Below are positions 42,532 to 56,754 of a stretch of 64,000 nucleotides of DNA, in pieces. Origin of the DNA: Neocallimastix sp. 'constans'. Lineage: Eukaryota. A program made the translations under genes and the position numbers. Every line of letters begins with the position of its first letter. Positions within the stretch are counted from its first letter, which is position 1. The notes below the pieces were generated by a model. That model ran no database searches and had not been told where the DNA came from. It saw only the letters and a list, made by a program, of their open reading frames with translations. The stretch is taken from assembly GCA_050613775.1 (NCBI GenBank), contig JBODTK010000016.1:434001-498000 (forward strand). The letters run 5' to 3'.

Positions 42532-43098
42532 AAAAAAAATATATATATATATATATACCTATAAATTATGTAAATTTTTCCAAAAAAAAAAAAAAAAAAA
42601 AAAAAAAAATAGATTGAAATTATTCACTATCATCATTGTAATATAAATATATTACAATATTACTAAATATTTTTAAAGAAAATATGTTAATAAATAATTT
42701 CCCCCTTATTTTTTATTAAGAATATGACAAAAAAAATAATATATCATATTCTTTTGTCCTTTACCCAATATATTTATATTTTTAAATTAGAATACCCACT
42801 TAGTATTGTAGCCATTAACAATATTAATAAAATAAAAAATTATAAAATTATTCATAAACACAATAATTTATTGGTCACATTTTATTAAAAAAAAATTAAT
42901 AATACAATTTATAATTTATTTATTATTAGGTATATTTAATTACTATATGTTATTTATTCTGATAATTTTGGTATATTTTTAAATTACTATATAGTATTTA
43001 TAATTTTTTGGAATCTATAATAAAAAGTTATTTATTTATTTAATTTTTTCAAAATAGGATAATATAGTATCATTAAATTTTAAACTCTCTTGAAACCT

Positions 43099-43133
<35 letters not shown>

Positions 43134-43498
43134 CAGGAAATTCAATTTCTATTAATTTGTTATTTGAAAATGAACTTTTACAATGTGTAAATTTGTAAAA
43201 TTAATAATAGAAGTTTTTCTATGCCATATCGGATTGACATTGAATTACTTGTAAAGATTTACTAATAACTGGTACAGTTTTAGTTTAAGAAATTCGCTCT
43301 TAAGGAGAAGCTATTTTAAATGCTTTTATTATCCAGTACTGAATTGAAACTTATCTAAAGCTAAATTTCCACTAAAGAAATAAATAAAATATCTAAATAA
43401 AATTATTTTTTTTCAATCTAACAATTTTTCTTTTCTTTTCTATACTTTTGTCAAAAAAAAAAAAAAAATATTGTTGTATTTATATTAATTTATTTATT

Positions 43499-43533
<35 letters not shown>

Positions 43534-43956
43534 AAAATTTTTTCTTAAAATATAAGATTGAATATATCATTTGTTTAAAATTTTCTTATAGTATATCCTA
43601 ATATCCTAATAGTATAAAATTTTATTTATGAGCTATAAAAATTAAATCTATATAAATAAATAATAAAAATAAATTATAATTTTATCTTTGTTGTTTATTT
43701 ATTTTATTTATTTTATTTTATTTTTGCAAAGTAATAATGAATTAAAAAAAAAATTTTATAAAAAAAATTATAAATATATATAAAAATGTATATTGATTTA
43801 ATTATTAATTCCAATTAAAAATTTTGTTCCCGTTATTATATAATAAAAATATTTATTTATCTAAATTATTCTTTCTTTCTTTTTTTTTTTTTTATTTTTA
43901 TTATTATTATTATTGTTGTTATAATTTAAAATTTAAAGCTTTTATAACTAATTCAT

Positions 43957-44348
43957 TTAAAGGAAACCAGTATCAGTTAAAAACTTTTGATTATCTGGAG
44001 TAAGTGAATTCCAAAGAGTTTGTTTTGCATTTTCATCACATTGAGATAAAATGGCCTTCATTGTATTTATCATATAAGTGGTCATTTCAACAGAAAGTAC
44101 TTGAGCAGTGACAACTTCAGTAAATATACCAACAAGTTTTGGAAGATTATCTTGAGTTAATATTATTGGATTACGAGCTTCTAGTAATTCCAATCTAAAA
44201 ATAAATATATAAATAAATTTTAATAATATTATTCATTCATTTTATATTTAAACTAATTACTAATAATAAAAAAAAAAATCAGTGGGTGTGATATATTGTC
44301 CGCAATACTTAAAATTAATTAAAAAAAATTTACATAAATATATTCTTA

Positions 44349-44379
<31 letters not shown>

Positions 44380-45489
44380 GAAAAAATAAAAATAATAATT
44401 AATATAAATTTTCTTCTCATTAATAATAAATTCGGAATTGCAGAATATCTTATCATCATTTTTTTTTAATTATACTTAATTAATTAATTATTTAATAATA
44501 TTAATAATAATATAAAATAAAATTTACAAATATTCATATGTTTGTTCAGCTTCATCAACATCTTCTAAAATTGGAAGAGCATTAAACCAAATAGGTAAAA
44601 CCTCATTTATATTAAATTGACTACTATTATATCTACAAATTTTTCCTAATGCTGATATACAAATTTCAGTAGCTAATATATTTTCTGGTTTACGTGAATT
44701 TGGATCATTAATGACAGCAACTAAAGCAGGTAATGATGCTTTTGATATATTTCAATTATTTATATAAATATAAATTATCAAATCAAAATATTAATAAATT
44801 AATCCATATAGTTAATTTTTATTATGATTAATAAATAATTTACCAGCACATGCTTGTGCATAAACTTCGCCACCAAATTTAGCACAAAGGCCAATACCAC
44901 AAGCTGCAGTATGTCTTATATCAGCAGTAGAACTAGAAATTCCACTAACCATCTTTTCTAAAAAGTGGCCTTGGTATTCCCATGAAGTGACACCTGTAAA
45001 TTCAATTAAATCAGCATAAACACAGAATGCCCATTGGATGGCTGCAATATCATTAATTTCATTCTATATTATTTATAGAAATTTTTGCTTAGTTAATAGA
45101 ATTTTATTAATAGAATTTTAATTATAAATCATATTAATATATACCATAAACCTATCAACAATTGGAACTAAATTATTAAAGTATGGTAAATATGCAGTAC
45201 CATGTGTCTTCAGTATAAGGTGAATAGCTTTTGAAATTTCATTAAGTAATGCATCTTCATCAGCTTCTTCTTCTTGTAAGTTTTCTTCATCTTCAGCATC
45301 ATGATCTTGGTCATTTCTGTATTCAGTTCTACGTTTAGTACGTTGAATGTATTCATCTAATTGACTGATAGTTGAATTAGTAAAGAAATCTAATAATTCT
45401 GGAGTTAAACAATTATTTCCAAGATATTCTATACACTATTTTATATTATAAATAATTTAACAATAAAACAATTAGTTAGGAATGAAACG

Positions 45490-45532
<43 letters not shown>

Positions 45533-46439
45533 ACATATATATATTATATATATTATATCTAGGCAAGAAAAATAAAATAGTAATAACATTTATAATATTC
45601 TTTATAAATTTTTAATTAATAAATAAAAAAATAAAAAATAATTACCTTCTGTAAGGACATATATATTTTACAAAGGAAAGTTGTATCAAGTTCACGATTT
45701 ATTATATCCAACATTTCTTTACAAACATTATGCCATATGTTGAGAAGGTTTTCATGAGCTAATTATAAATATAAATAAAAAAAAAAAAAAAAAGATGGAA
45801 AAAAGGAAAAAAAAAAAAAAATATATTCAATTAAATATATATTAAATAATTTAAATAAAATTAATTAAATTCTATATAAAAAAAAATATAATCAGTAGGT
45901 GTGATATTGTCTGCAGTACTTAATGTTAACAAAAAAGAAAAGTTACATACATTAAATTTCTTTTAATAATAAAAAAAAACTTAACATATAACTTTCTTTT
46001 CATTTAACAAAATTAAATTCAGAATTGCAGAATATCTTATCATCAATTTAATTTACATATTGATATAAAAAATAAAAAAATAGATTTACAATATTTATTA
46101 GATTTAACCATAGAATTAAATAATTCCGGAATAGTAATAGCAGCAGAATGTCTGATATCGTCATAGAAATAGAATTTTAATAATGGAACAACAATTTCCA
46201 TAACTTCTTCAGCATACATTTGGAAACCTTCTTCGAGTTCTTGAGCATAACATACTAACATTTCAACAGCAATACATTTTTCTTCCAAGAATGTAGTTTT
46301 AATACCTAATTTTTGACCTTCAAGACCAATAAATTCCCAACCGTCTTCTTCAGAATATTTCTTTTCAATATCTTCTTCATCATCTAAATTATTAAATATA
46401 AAAAATATAGAAATAATTATTTAATTAATATATTATTAT

Positions 46440-46489
<50 letters not shown>

Positions 46490-48864
46490 TACTGTCAATT
46501 AAAGCAACTTCTGGAGATTTCTTTGCACTTTCCAATAATGGTGGTATAACAATACTAAGGTAAGGAATAAAGTCTTTACCTAAAATCTTACAAATTCTTG
46601 CCCAAGCAGCCATTAAATATGGAATCTGTGGATCATCGCTTTCCTTTATAGAAGCTATAATTTTAAATACAAGTATTAATTAAAAATTTCCTATTTACGA
46701 TTTAATTTTTTTTTTTTTTTTTTTTTTGTATTGTATTGTTATATACCTTGTGTTTGAGAAAGAATATTAATAAATTCAATAGCATTCTTAGAGAAGATTT
46801 CCTTTCCAACAGCAAGAGCAATTAAACTAGCACATTCCATAGTTTTACCTCTTAATAAACGATATTCTTTATTATTAGCATTATGTAAAATATTAATTAA
46901 GTATGGCATTATAGAATCATAGTACTAATTGATATTAATATTTATAGTTTATTATAAAATTTCATTAATTAAATAATATTAATAATACAAAAGATTCAAA
47001 AAGTTGTATTAATTATTTTATTTTGTTTAATAAAATTATATTGATTTTAATATTATTTAATACTATTCAATTCACCTTAATGAATTCTTCTTCAGCACTA
47101 TCAGCAACTGTAGCTATAGCTGTAATTGCTTGTTCTTGAACATATTTTTTTTGGTTATTTAATAAAATTAAAAGATGTTGGAAAATATTATCAAGATGAC
47201 CAGCTAAATGTTGTTTTTGAACTTCTTCAGCAAAGTTAACAAGAGCTGCTGCAGAATGAGCTTGAACTCTTGGATATTGATCATTCATAACTGGAATTAA
47301 AGCATTTAATATTTTATCGTGGAATTTAATTTGAATAACATCTGCGAAATCAGTAGACATTTGACCGATAGCATGACAAGCAGCATGACGAACACGTGGA
47401 TGTGGATCTTTTAAGTGTGGAATAATTAAACTAACAAAAGTATTTTTATAAAATTAAATAAAAATTTAATTATTATTATTCTAAATAATATATATAAATA
47501 ATATTCAAAAAAAAAATAATTAAAAAATAAAATAAAATATAATAATAAATTTTTATAATATAATAAATAATTATAATATAATAAATAATAATAATAATAA
47601 TAATAATTCAATTTCTCAATGGGTGTAAATATATCAACATTTCTTTGATACAACTAAAACCCTTTTCAAAAGAATCTTTATCTTATTGTCCTCAAAATTA
47701 TTTCAATTATTAAAAATAATAATTATTTACTTATTAAAATCATTTCTATTATTCTTTTCAAAACTTACTCTAAAACTTTATCCAATTCGTCAATCATAAC
47801 CTTTACACAACCTTCACCAATAGCTGAAATAGTCATTAATGCGGCATGTCTTTCCTTCCAATCTTGTGAATTTAGCATTAAAGGAATTAATTCAAAAGTC
47901 ATTGGTAACACATATTTACCACCTAAACTTCGAGCAATACGATCCATTGCTTGTTCTGCTACATCTGAATTGGTGTCATTTTCATCATCATCTAACTATT
48001 GTATTAAAATATCAATATTTTAAAAATCTGTTAATATTTTCTTTTATATGACTATTTTCTACTTAAAATTAGCTTACATCTTCAGTTGTATACCATGATT
48101 CATCATCATCTAATTCAGTCATCCACTTAAGAACAACAGGAATAACTTGTTGTTGGAAAGTTGGACTCTTACGAACTAAAGATGGAATACTTTCAGAAAT
48201 AGTAAGTAATAATTCAAGTGCAGTTTGTCTAGTAGCTATGTATTTTATTTAAATATATATATATATATTTATATTATATTTAAAAATTGATTATAAAAAT
48301 ATATAATTAAATATATACTCTAATATATTAAACAAAAAAAAAATAAAATAAAATAAAATAAAAATAAAAATAAAAAAATTAAAACAAAATATTTATATAT
48401 TTTATATTTGTTTCTTACAATCTTCAAATTTTTCATTTTTCATTAATTCTGTCATAAATGTAATAACATCTTCTAATACATTCTTTAAACACTTTGGAAT
48501 AGAATCGGCAAGATCAATCAAATAAATAATACCATTAACTAATGAATCTTCACCGGCTTCATTAACAAGTGGTGGAAGAACCTAAAATATTATAAATATA
48601 TTAATTATTATTTATTCGAAAGTATTATTAAATGAAAAAAAAATATATAATAAAATAAAAATAAAATAAATTTAATTAAATAAAAAAAAATTGTTAAATT
48701 TTTATCAGTAAGTGTGAATATATCAACCTATTTTATTTATTTTATTATATTAAAATCTTTAAAATATAAATTTTAAAATTTAAATTCATAAAATAAATAA
48801 AAAATCTGAATTGCAGAATATCTTGTCATCATTTTAAAATTTAACCTTTTTGCTTAAAAAAAAT

Positions 48865-48911
<47 letters not shown>

Positions 48912-49898
48912 CATTTAACATAACTGGAATTAAATCAAACATTTGTTGTACTTCATCTTGATTCATTTCTAACATAAAGTTAACAACAGCTTCTAAAGCA
49001 GAAATTCTAACCTTATTATCAATATTTTTTATTTTTATTTATAATAATTATTAATACCTTTTATTTTTATTATTATTTCATATATTATTTCATTCATTCT
49101 AAAAAGTAAAATTAACTACCTGTTCACTAGCATCACTCAATGCTATATTAAAAACATTTTTTAATGTTGAAATATCATAATCTGCAATTAATAATGGAAC
49201 ATTCGAAATAATCTTAAAAGCACTTTCTCTATGTTCAGCCTTTTTGGATTCAGTACATTCAATAACAATTTGTAAAAGTTGTGGCCATTGTACTATTTTT
49301 AAATAAGATAATTAGTAATACTACTAAAATGTTTTATATTAAATTAAATTGTTTAATACAAACTTACATCCTTTTGAAATAGAAATTTTATATAATTCTG
49401 AAATAGTATCACAAATCTTACGACGTACATATAAATCAGTTTCAACATTTAAAGATTCTAATAATTGCATTTGACAATATTGTCTAGCATCTTCTGGTAA
49501 AGATGTCCATAAATACTCATTTTCACTTTTAATGTTTAATGAAATTCTTCTTAATAAAATAGCAGCATGTGAACGCATCTGACAATAACAAAGATATTTT
49601 TTTTAAAAATATATATATATATATAAATTATTATAATTATTCAAACATAAAAATACTTTATATATATCTTTTTCCTATTTTTTTTTATGAAAAAAAAATA
49701 AAAATTAATATATACTTGATTATCAATATGATTTCTAGCAATATTTGATAAGCCAGTTAATAATAAAACTGGTTGTTTCGCCATCCATTCATTGTTTAAT
49801 TGTTCTTCAGCAGCATTTCTTTGTTCATTATTAGAATCCTTTAATTGGCATAATAAATTTGCTAGTTGAACAACAACTTCATTTAAACTGTTATCCAT
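43957..49898 (-). CDS. PSE1: Importin subunit beta-3 / karyopherin Kap121 (importin-5 family), about 16 exons
   Basis: HEAT-repeat exons with family motifs: N-terminal [104 protein letters not shown] introns throughout. Confidence 0.93.
44276..44461 (-). ncRNA. Intronic box C/D snoRNA candidate 1 (5.8S rRNA guide, SNORD96-like)
   Basis: Minus strand: box C ATGATGA, guide GATATTCTGCAATT, D' CCGA, AT-rich insert, C' TGCGGA, ATCACACCCA, box D CTGA. Lies in the last importin intron, sense to the host. Confidence 0.75.
45890..46047 (-). ncRNA. Intronic box C/D snoRNA candidate 2 (5.8S rRNA guide)
   Basis: TGATGA, GATATTCTGCAATT, CTGA (D'), AT-rich insert, TGCAGA, ATCACACCTA, CTGA, within intron 46089-45759. 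Confidence 0.78.
47613..47697 (-). ncRNA. Intronic box C/D snoRNA candidate 4 (compact, divergent family member)
   Basis: TGAGGA (C-like), ATAAGATAAAGATTCT, TTGA, then TGTTGA, TATATTTACACCCA, TTGA (D-like). Shares the ACACCCA element but not the 5.8S guide. Confidence 0.45.
48703..48833 (-). ncRNA. Intronic box C/D snoRNA candidate 3 (5.8S rRNA guide)
   Basis: ATGATGA, GATATTCTGCAATT, CAGA (D'), AT-rich insert, GGTTGA, TTCACACTTA, CTGA, within intron 48912-48582. Confidence 0.75.
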
Positions 49899-50520
49899 GT
49901 TGATTATTTTTATATAAATGGTTTATAAATATGTGATATATCTTAAATATTCAAATGTTAAAAAATGAATCAATAATTCCTCTTATGATCTTTTGATATG
50001 ACTAAAATGGATAAAAAAAAAATCTAAATTTTTTAAATAGAAATCCTTTTAAATCTTAAATAAATTTTGGTATCTTCTATTTGAATTATAATTACTCTCT
50101 TTATAAAATAAATTTTCTATTTTTTCTTCTTTAATTCTATATATTTTATCATATGACAGTTCCTCTAATTATTTCAATTAAATTCATCAAATTACAATAA
50201 TAATAATAATAATAATAATAATAACTTCGTTAGTTAAATTTTATTTTACAAATAAAAATATAATATATAAATATAATTTAAATATAAATATAAATATAAA
50301 AAATTGATTTATTTATATATACAATATTTTCTTTTTTATTCTTTTTTCTTGGGTATTAATATATTCAAATTAAAAAAGAAAAAAATAATAATAAATAATT
50401 ATATTAAGGTAATAATAATTAAATAAAATATAAAAAGTATATCAAAATGCTATATTACTTTTAATTTCAATATTATGAATATAAAGGACTGAGATAAATT
50501 TTAAACGAATAAAAATAATA

Positions 50521-50571
<51 letters not shown>

Positions 50572-53007
50572 AAAATTTCACAAATGGAAATGTACAAAAA
50601 ATTAAAATTTTAATATAATACATTAATATATATAAATATTATATATTAATATTACAGAATTGATTGATCATAATTATTTTTTATATGTATTATATATTTC
50701 TTAAGGCTAATTTAACCATTAAAGAAATTTTCATGAAAATTTAGTAAAAGTAATTTATACTCTTTATGGCTGAAAAATATTTTTTTAATTTCTATATAGA
50801 AATGTAGGAATTTTTTCATTTATTTAATAAATTTCTTCAAATTTATATACATATATACCAAAAGTATAATTTGTTTATTGTTTTTTTTTTTTTTTTTACA
50901 AAGAAAACAAAACCTTTTTTTTTAAAATATAACAATGTTAATAAAGATTATCACTAAAAATAAAAGTAGGTTGTTAAATGTTCAATCAATAAAAAAAAGA
51001 TTAAATTATATTGTATGTTATATATATATATTATTTTAAATAATTTTTATTTAAATATAATGAAATATATAAATAAAATATATTATATCAAAAATTTTAA
51101 TCATAAACTTATAAATTTATATATATATCTAAGATAATAAATATTGTATAAAATCAGTAATATACTAAATTAATTTTAATAAAGAATATAAATGAGAAAT
51201 AAACTATAATATTTTTAAAATATAATACTATTTTAAATTGAATTATAATTAAATTAAAGAAAAAATTATATTTTTTCTTTAATATCAGTTATACCTAATA
51301 TGCTTTAAACTTTGATAATGAAATTAAAATCTTTATTGTTTATTTATTATTTTTAACAACGAAAAAAAAAAAAAAATTACCAAATAAGAATTAATATAAC
51401 AATATGCAATAATTTTATTTTAATTATTATTTATTTACAACCTATTTGAAACATATTTATTTTTTAATTTTAAAATTTAATATATTAGATTTTAAAGGCT
51501 TTTTATCATTATATATATAATATGCTTTTTTAATTGGATAAAAAAAAAATACAATCTTGTTATTATTAATTGATAAATGAATTTAATTAAAGTTATTTCA
51601 ATTAATTTTCTTCTATAATTCATAATAATAAAACAATAATAATTTTTTAAATTTTAAGATACAAATAAAAATGAAAAAAAAAAAAGTTTTAAAAAAAATT
51701 TTTTATATCTTTATATTCAAATCATTACTTAAATATGAATTAAAGCTAAAACATGAATAATTTGTAATCCATAATTCTCTATAATGATATATTATATAGT
51801 TAGAAAAAAAAAAGTACTTAAAATAATTCGATATATGTTAAATAAATTTTATAAATTTATTATATAAATTAATGATTGGCTGTTTCAAGGGTCATTATAA
51901 TACATTATTTTTAATATATATTTACGTATACATTTTCATATAAAAGTGGATAGTCCATTAATATATTATATTTTGAATTCTTAAAATTTAATTATTAAAA
52001 CCTGTTAATCTGTAAATTGTAAATATCATTACTTCCAAATCGACAATATAATATACATAATTTATAAACTTCAAAATTTTACTTATAATTTCTATTTTTA
52101 GTTTTATAAATTTGTAATTTATTGATTTATTCTTTTATTTTACTTATATGTTTTTTAATACCAAGATTTGTAAAAAAAATTTTTATATATATAATAGATA
52201 TAAACATTCCAATATTAAAATTTTGTACAAAAAAATAAAAAAATTATAATTAATTTCATACTACATTTTTTATTAAATCTGTTATGTATTTTATATTAAG
52301 TAATATAATTTGCTATTATCAAAAAAAATTTTTATAAGTACTGATAGAAGGACGCATGAAGGACTATTTTTTTTAATATTATTAAATCAAAAATTTTAGT
52401 TTTAATGTTCATATATTATTAATACATTAATTATCAATTTTTCTTTTACAGATTATAGAGATAAAGTTTTACTCTCGATTTATCTCTTAATAAATATATA
52501 ATTTTAATTTTTTTTTTTTTTTTACAAATTATTTTCGCTTGTAGAAAAATTTTAATATAAATTGTTCGAGATTTTATTCATAATAATATTATTAATATTA
52601 ATAAATAATACTAAATATTTATTTTAATATTATGATTATTATTATTATTATTAATAGTAGTAATATTTATTTATTTAAAATTACAATTTTTTTTTTAATA
52701 GAAATAAAAAGATTTTATGTTTTTATCAACAGAGACATTATTTTTCAAAAATATTTATCCAAAAAAGATTTTAAATGTAGAGTTTTTAATAGAAACCTAC
52801 AAAAAATATTAAGATAATTTTAATTAAATGTAAATAAAAAAAAAAAAAAATAACATTATATAAAAGCATATACCTGATATTAGTTATGTATAAGAAAAAT
52901 TAAAATTCCATTGGTAATGTTCATAATAAAGATAAAGATAAATTTCAGCATCATGATATAATTGATTTTTTAATTTATATTTCTTTATTTTTTTTCCTAT
53001 TTTCTAT

Positions 53008-53345
53008 AATTATGGTCTTTCCAGCTTATATCCCAGTGGTTAGTACTCGAAACTAACATATATAAGGTTTTTTATCGACCCTCGACAACTTCCTGAATTT
53101 ATATGGAGGAATTTTCATCCTCATAGGGTATTTATCTCAATAAATAAAATTGGTGTTCGCTCGCCATAGTAAGTATTCCTGTGGCTAAACTATATAATTG
53201 TTAGTTCAGAGAGCGTTTGAATTGTTAGCGGATTAGTGTAGTTGTTCCTCCCTCGAGAATGATTCAAAAGATCACCAAAAAGAAGCTCATTGTATAAAGC
53301 GGCCTATAGGTTGTATAAAGCGGCCTATAGGAAATGTCTTTCATA
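53008..53345. other. GC-richer non-coding island related to 2040-2300, with a 21-bp tandem duplication
   Basis: No ORF of 60 aa or more in the track; TTGTATAAAGCGGCCTATAGG twice (53290-53331); block similarity to 2087-2285. Confidence 0.35.
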
Positions 53346-53361
53346 TTAGCATTGATTAGAG

Positions 53362-53930
53362 TTTTTTTTTTTTTTATTATTATTTCTGGTGTGCACCACC
53401 CTTGATTTCAGCCCTATCAGAAGCAGTGGGAATATTAAAGTTGTCTCACACTTTCGTATATGCAGAATTCTCACTACTGGACGACCTTACTAAGTATTCA
53501 GCATTGGCGTTCTAACATGCATATTATTGCTGAGAATTTTCTAGTACTCTTTTTCTCGAAATGCTTTTCTAGTTCCTAACTCCTTTGAAATGAGTCTAAC
53601 ATAACCTAACCCATGAAAGTACGTACTAGCTCACTTGGTAATTACATAAACGTCAGAAATATTGCATTTTAGTAGAATATATACATTTCCAAGTAAAATA
53701 TTTCTACATGGACACATGAAATCATGTACCCAAATGATAATTCCCTTGTAAATACATTAAATGACAGTACTTACGCAACCCTCTCAGGCCTACAGTTAGA
53801 ACTGTATCTTGATTAGAGAGAGGCCCTCGTCAACATCAAAACAATACGGCAAAGAATCCAATAAGGGTCTAATACATTTATGAAAGAGACTGGAGGTCTT
53901 ATTGTCCTCTTCACTCATTGATTCCAATCT
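53362..53930 (-). mobile_element. Structured, poly(A)-tailed dispersed element, copy 2, with a ~300-bp 5' extension
   Basis: 53628->53382 aligns with 1082-1334; A-tail is the T-run 53362-53375. GC-richer, hairpin-containing sequence continues to about 53930 (TACAGTT-AG-AACTGTA, CTCTC/GAGAG). Confidence 0.6.
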
Positions 53931-54175
53931 AAAAAAAAAAATGATATATTATATGACACTATTCATTTAATAACATATAATTTTTAAATATTTATTATAA
54001 TTATTAATGAAATTATTGATACACTTAATAGTTTTTTTTATAGCTTTTTAATTATAATTGAATTAAAAAATTTTCTTATTTTTCATAGTTAATACTATAT
54101 CATATAGAATTATTAGTAATCATAAATTTTTATTATTTAAAAGGTTTAATATCTTATATATATATATATTTAAAT

Positions 54176-54210
<35 letters not shown>

Positions 54211-55647
54211 TAAAAAGATAAATCATTTATAACTCTTCATAACAAAAATGATTTATATATAATTAAATATTCAATTAATATTTAAGCAAAAAAAATAAAT
54301 AATAAACTTTTTTAGTACACTTAAAATTTCAAATTTAAACATAAAATTTAATAAATATTCAATGATAAAAAATTTTTTTTATTTAACTATCCTTTAATAT
54401 CCATTTTTAATTTTATTATTATTATTTTTTTCTTTTTAATTATTTTCTTGTAATTTTATTTGATTTATTTTTAAATTTTTTTTAATAATTATAAATTTAT
54501 TTATATTTTTAAATTTACATATCATACGGAACTTCATTATGTAATTAAAAATAAATTTAATAATAACTATGAATTGTTATAAAAATATTTTATTTTCATA
54601 ATTATTTTTAATCTTAAAATAATATCAGTTATTATCAGTAATTTTAACATATCATAATATAATAATATACTTTATATATATATATACTATAATATCGTTC
54701 TCTCATAAGCATTTAAAATTACTGTAAATTTCTTTTTTCTAAAATTTATGAAATTAACAAATTTACAATAAAATATCCTTTTATTATTAAATAATAATAA
54801 ATTAAAAACTAATAATAAAAATATCCTTTTTTATAATTAATTAATAAATTAATTTATTAATAATGCCATTTTTACTTAAAAGCATATTTAAATTAATCTT
54901 TGAGTTGTTTCTTTATTCCTATTTTATTAATAATATATAGAAAGATATAATAAAGATATTTTAAAATTAAATAATAAAAAAAATCTATCTCTATTTATAA
55001 TATATATTAATAAATATTATTTATTATTAAAATACATAAATATTTATTATATTATAATATCATAATTTATTTTATTTACTATTTATTTATATTTTTATTT
55101 ACAATATAAATTCATATTATTATATTTTTTAAAAAATCTAGAATATTTATTGTTAATAATTCTATTTTCCAAAATTAAATAATAAAAATTAAATATAAAT
55201 TTAATATATTTTAACTAAAAATCAAATAATTAAAATATATAATATTTTAATTTATTTAATATATACCGCAATATATAAAAATATATAGTACGAAACTATG
55301 CTTATTATCTTTTTTTTTATAAACATAAATATTAAATATTAAATTATTCCATCCATAATATATATAGATAAAATGTAGGAAATAAATTTTTTAAAAAAAT
55401 CAAAGAAAAATATATTATAATTATACGTAAATAATTGAAATTATAAAACTTTAATCCAAGAAAGAATCTATATAGATTAAAACAATAAAAATCTTTTAGG
55501 ATTGTAAAAAAAAAGCGTTATAGTTATTAATAAAATTTGTAAATATAATTTACTTTGTAAAGTTTAGTAATAATATAAAATTTTAAAATTTATTAAGGAT
55601 TATATTCAAACATGAAATTGCACATAAAACTATTTGATTATTTTTTT

Positions 55648-55682
<35 letters not shown>

Positions 55683-56113
55683 GTAATTAATATATATAAT
55701 AATATATATACGTAAAAAATAATATTTATATGTGTATATTATTATTATTCTACACAAATTCTAAATATTATATTTTTACAATTACTTATTTCATACAATT
55801 ACATTTAAATTAATCATTATTATTTTATATATTATTTAATAATTAAATATTACATTAAACATGAACATTTCAAATACTTCTTATAATATTATTCTTTCAA
55901 ATTTTAAAATAAATAAAAAAAAAAGAAAGAAAGAAAACATTAAATATTTTTAATTTAATATATTAAAAGGTATTTATACCAGTATTTTATTTAAAATGAA
56001 CTAACAAAATTATAAAATAAATTAAAATTTAGTTAAAAATATGTTTATGTTTAAAAATTAATATTATAATATAAATATTATATATAATATAGATATTATC
56101 GTAAATAATCAAA

Positions 56114-56717
56114 ATGTTTATGTTTAAAGTTAAAAATAAGTTTAAGACAAAGCATTATGAAAAAGAATTCAATGGTGAAATTAATGTTGATGTTTATAAT
56201 CCGGAGGTAACAATAAAATCAATATTTTAATGTAAAATGTTGTAAATTCTAAAATAATTAATATATATACTTTTATTTATTTATATATATATTTTAATAA
56301 ATTTTAAAATACTGGAATGATTTGGAATGATTTGAAATGATTTACAGAGAGGTATTTATGAACAAAGACATACTAAGGTTTCAGAATATGCTCCATTAGA
56401 TGTTCCTGATCTTGTGAGATGTAGAGAAGTTAAAAAAGAAGCACTTGTTTTGAGAATGTTTAATTTAGATGCTTTGAAGGAAACTGAAATTATTCCAGAA
56501 GATGTAAAACAAAAAATTGATAATGATTTTGCTACTGCACGTGAAGCTGGTATAAAGCTTATTGTTCGTTTTTGTTATACCGAAGATCCAAAACTACCGG
56601 ACGCATCTAAAAAAGTTGTACTTGCCCACATTAATCAATTAAAACCAATTATTTTTAAGAATCATGATGTTATTTTTGCTGTTCAAGCGGGTTTCATTGG
56701 AACTTGGGGTAGATATT

Positions 56718-56754
<37 letters not shown>

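Noticed and set aside
43130..43330. LRR-like peptide SFSNNKL.EIEFPD on the minus strand (also near 30960-31010)
   Set aside because: One short motif among stops; too little to call a gene remnant.
53595..53615. CCTAACCC as a telomerase RNA template
   Set aside because: The homologous copy has CCTAGCCC, and G-U pairing favours the opposite strand as the RNA.
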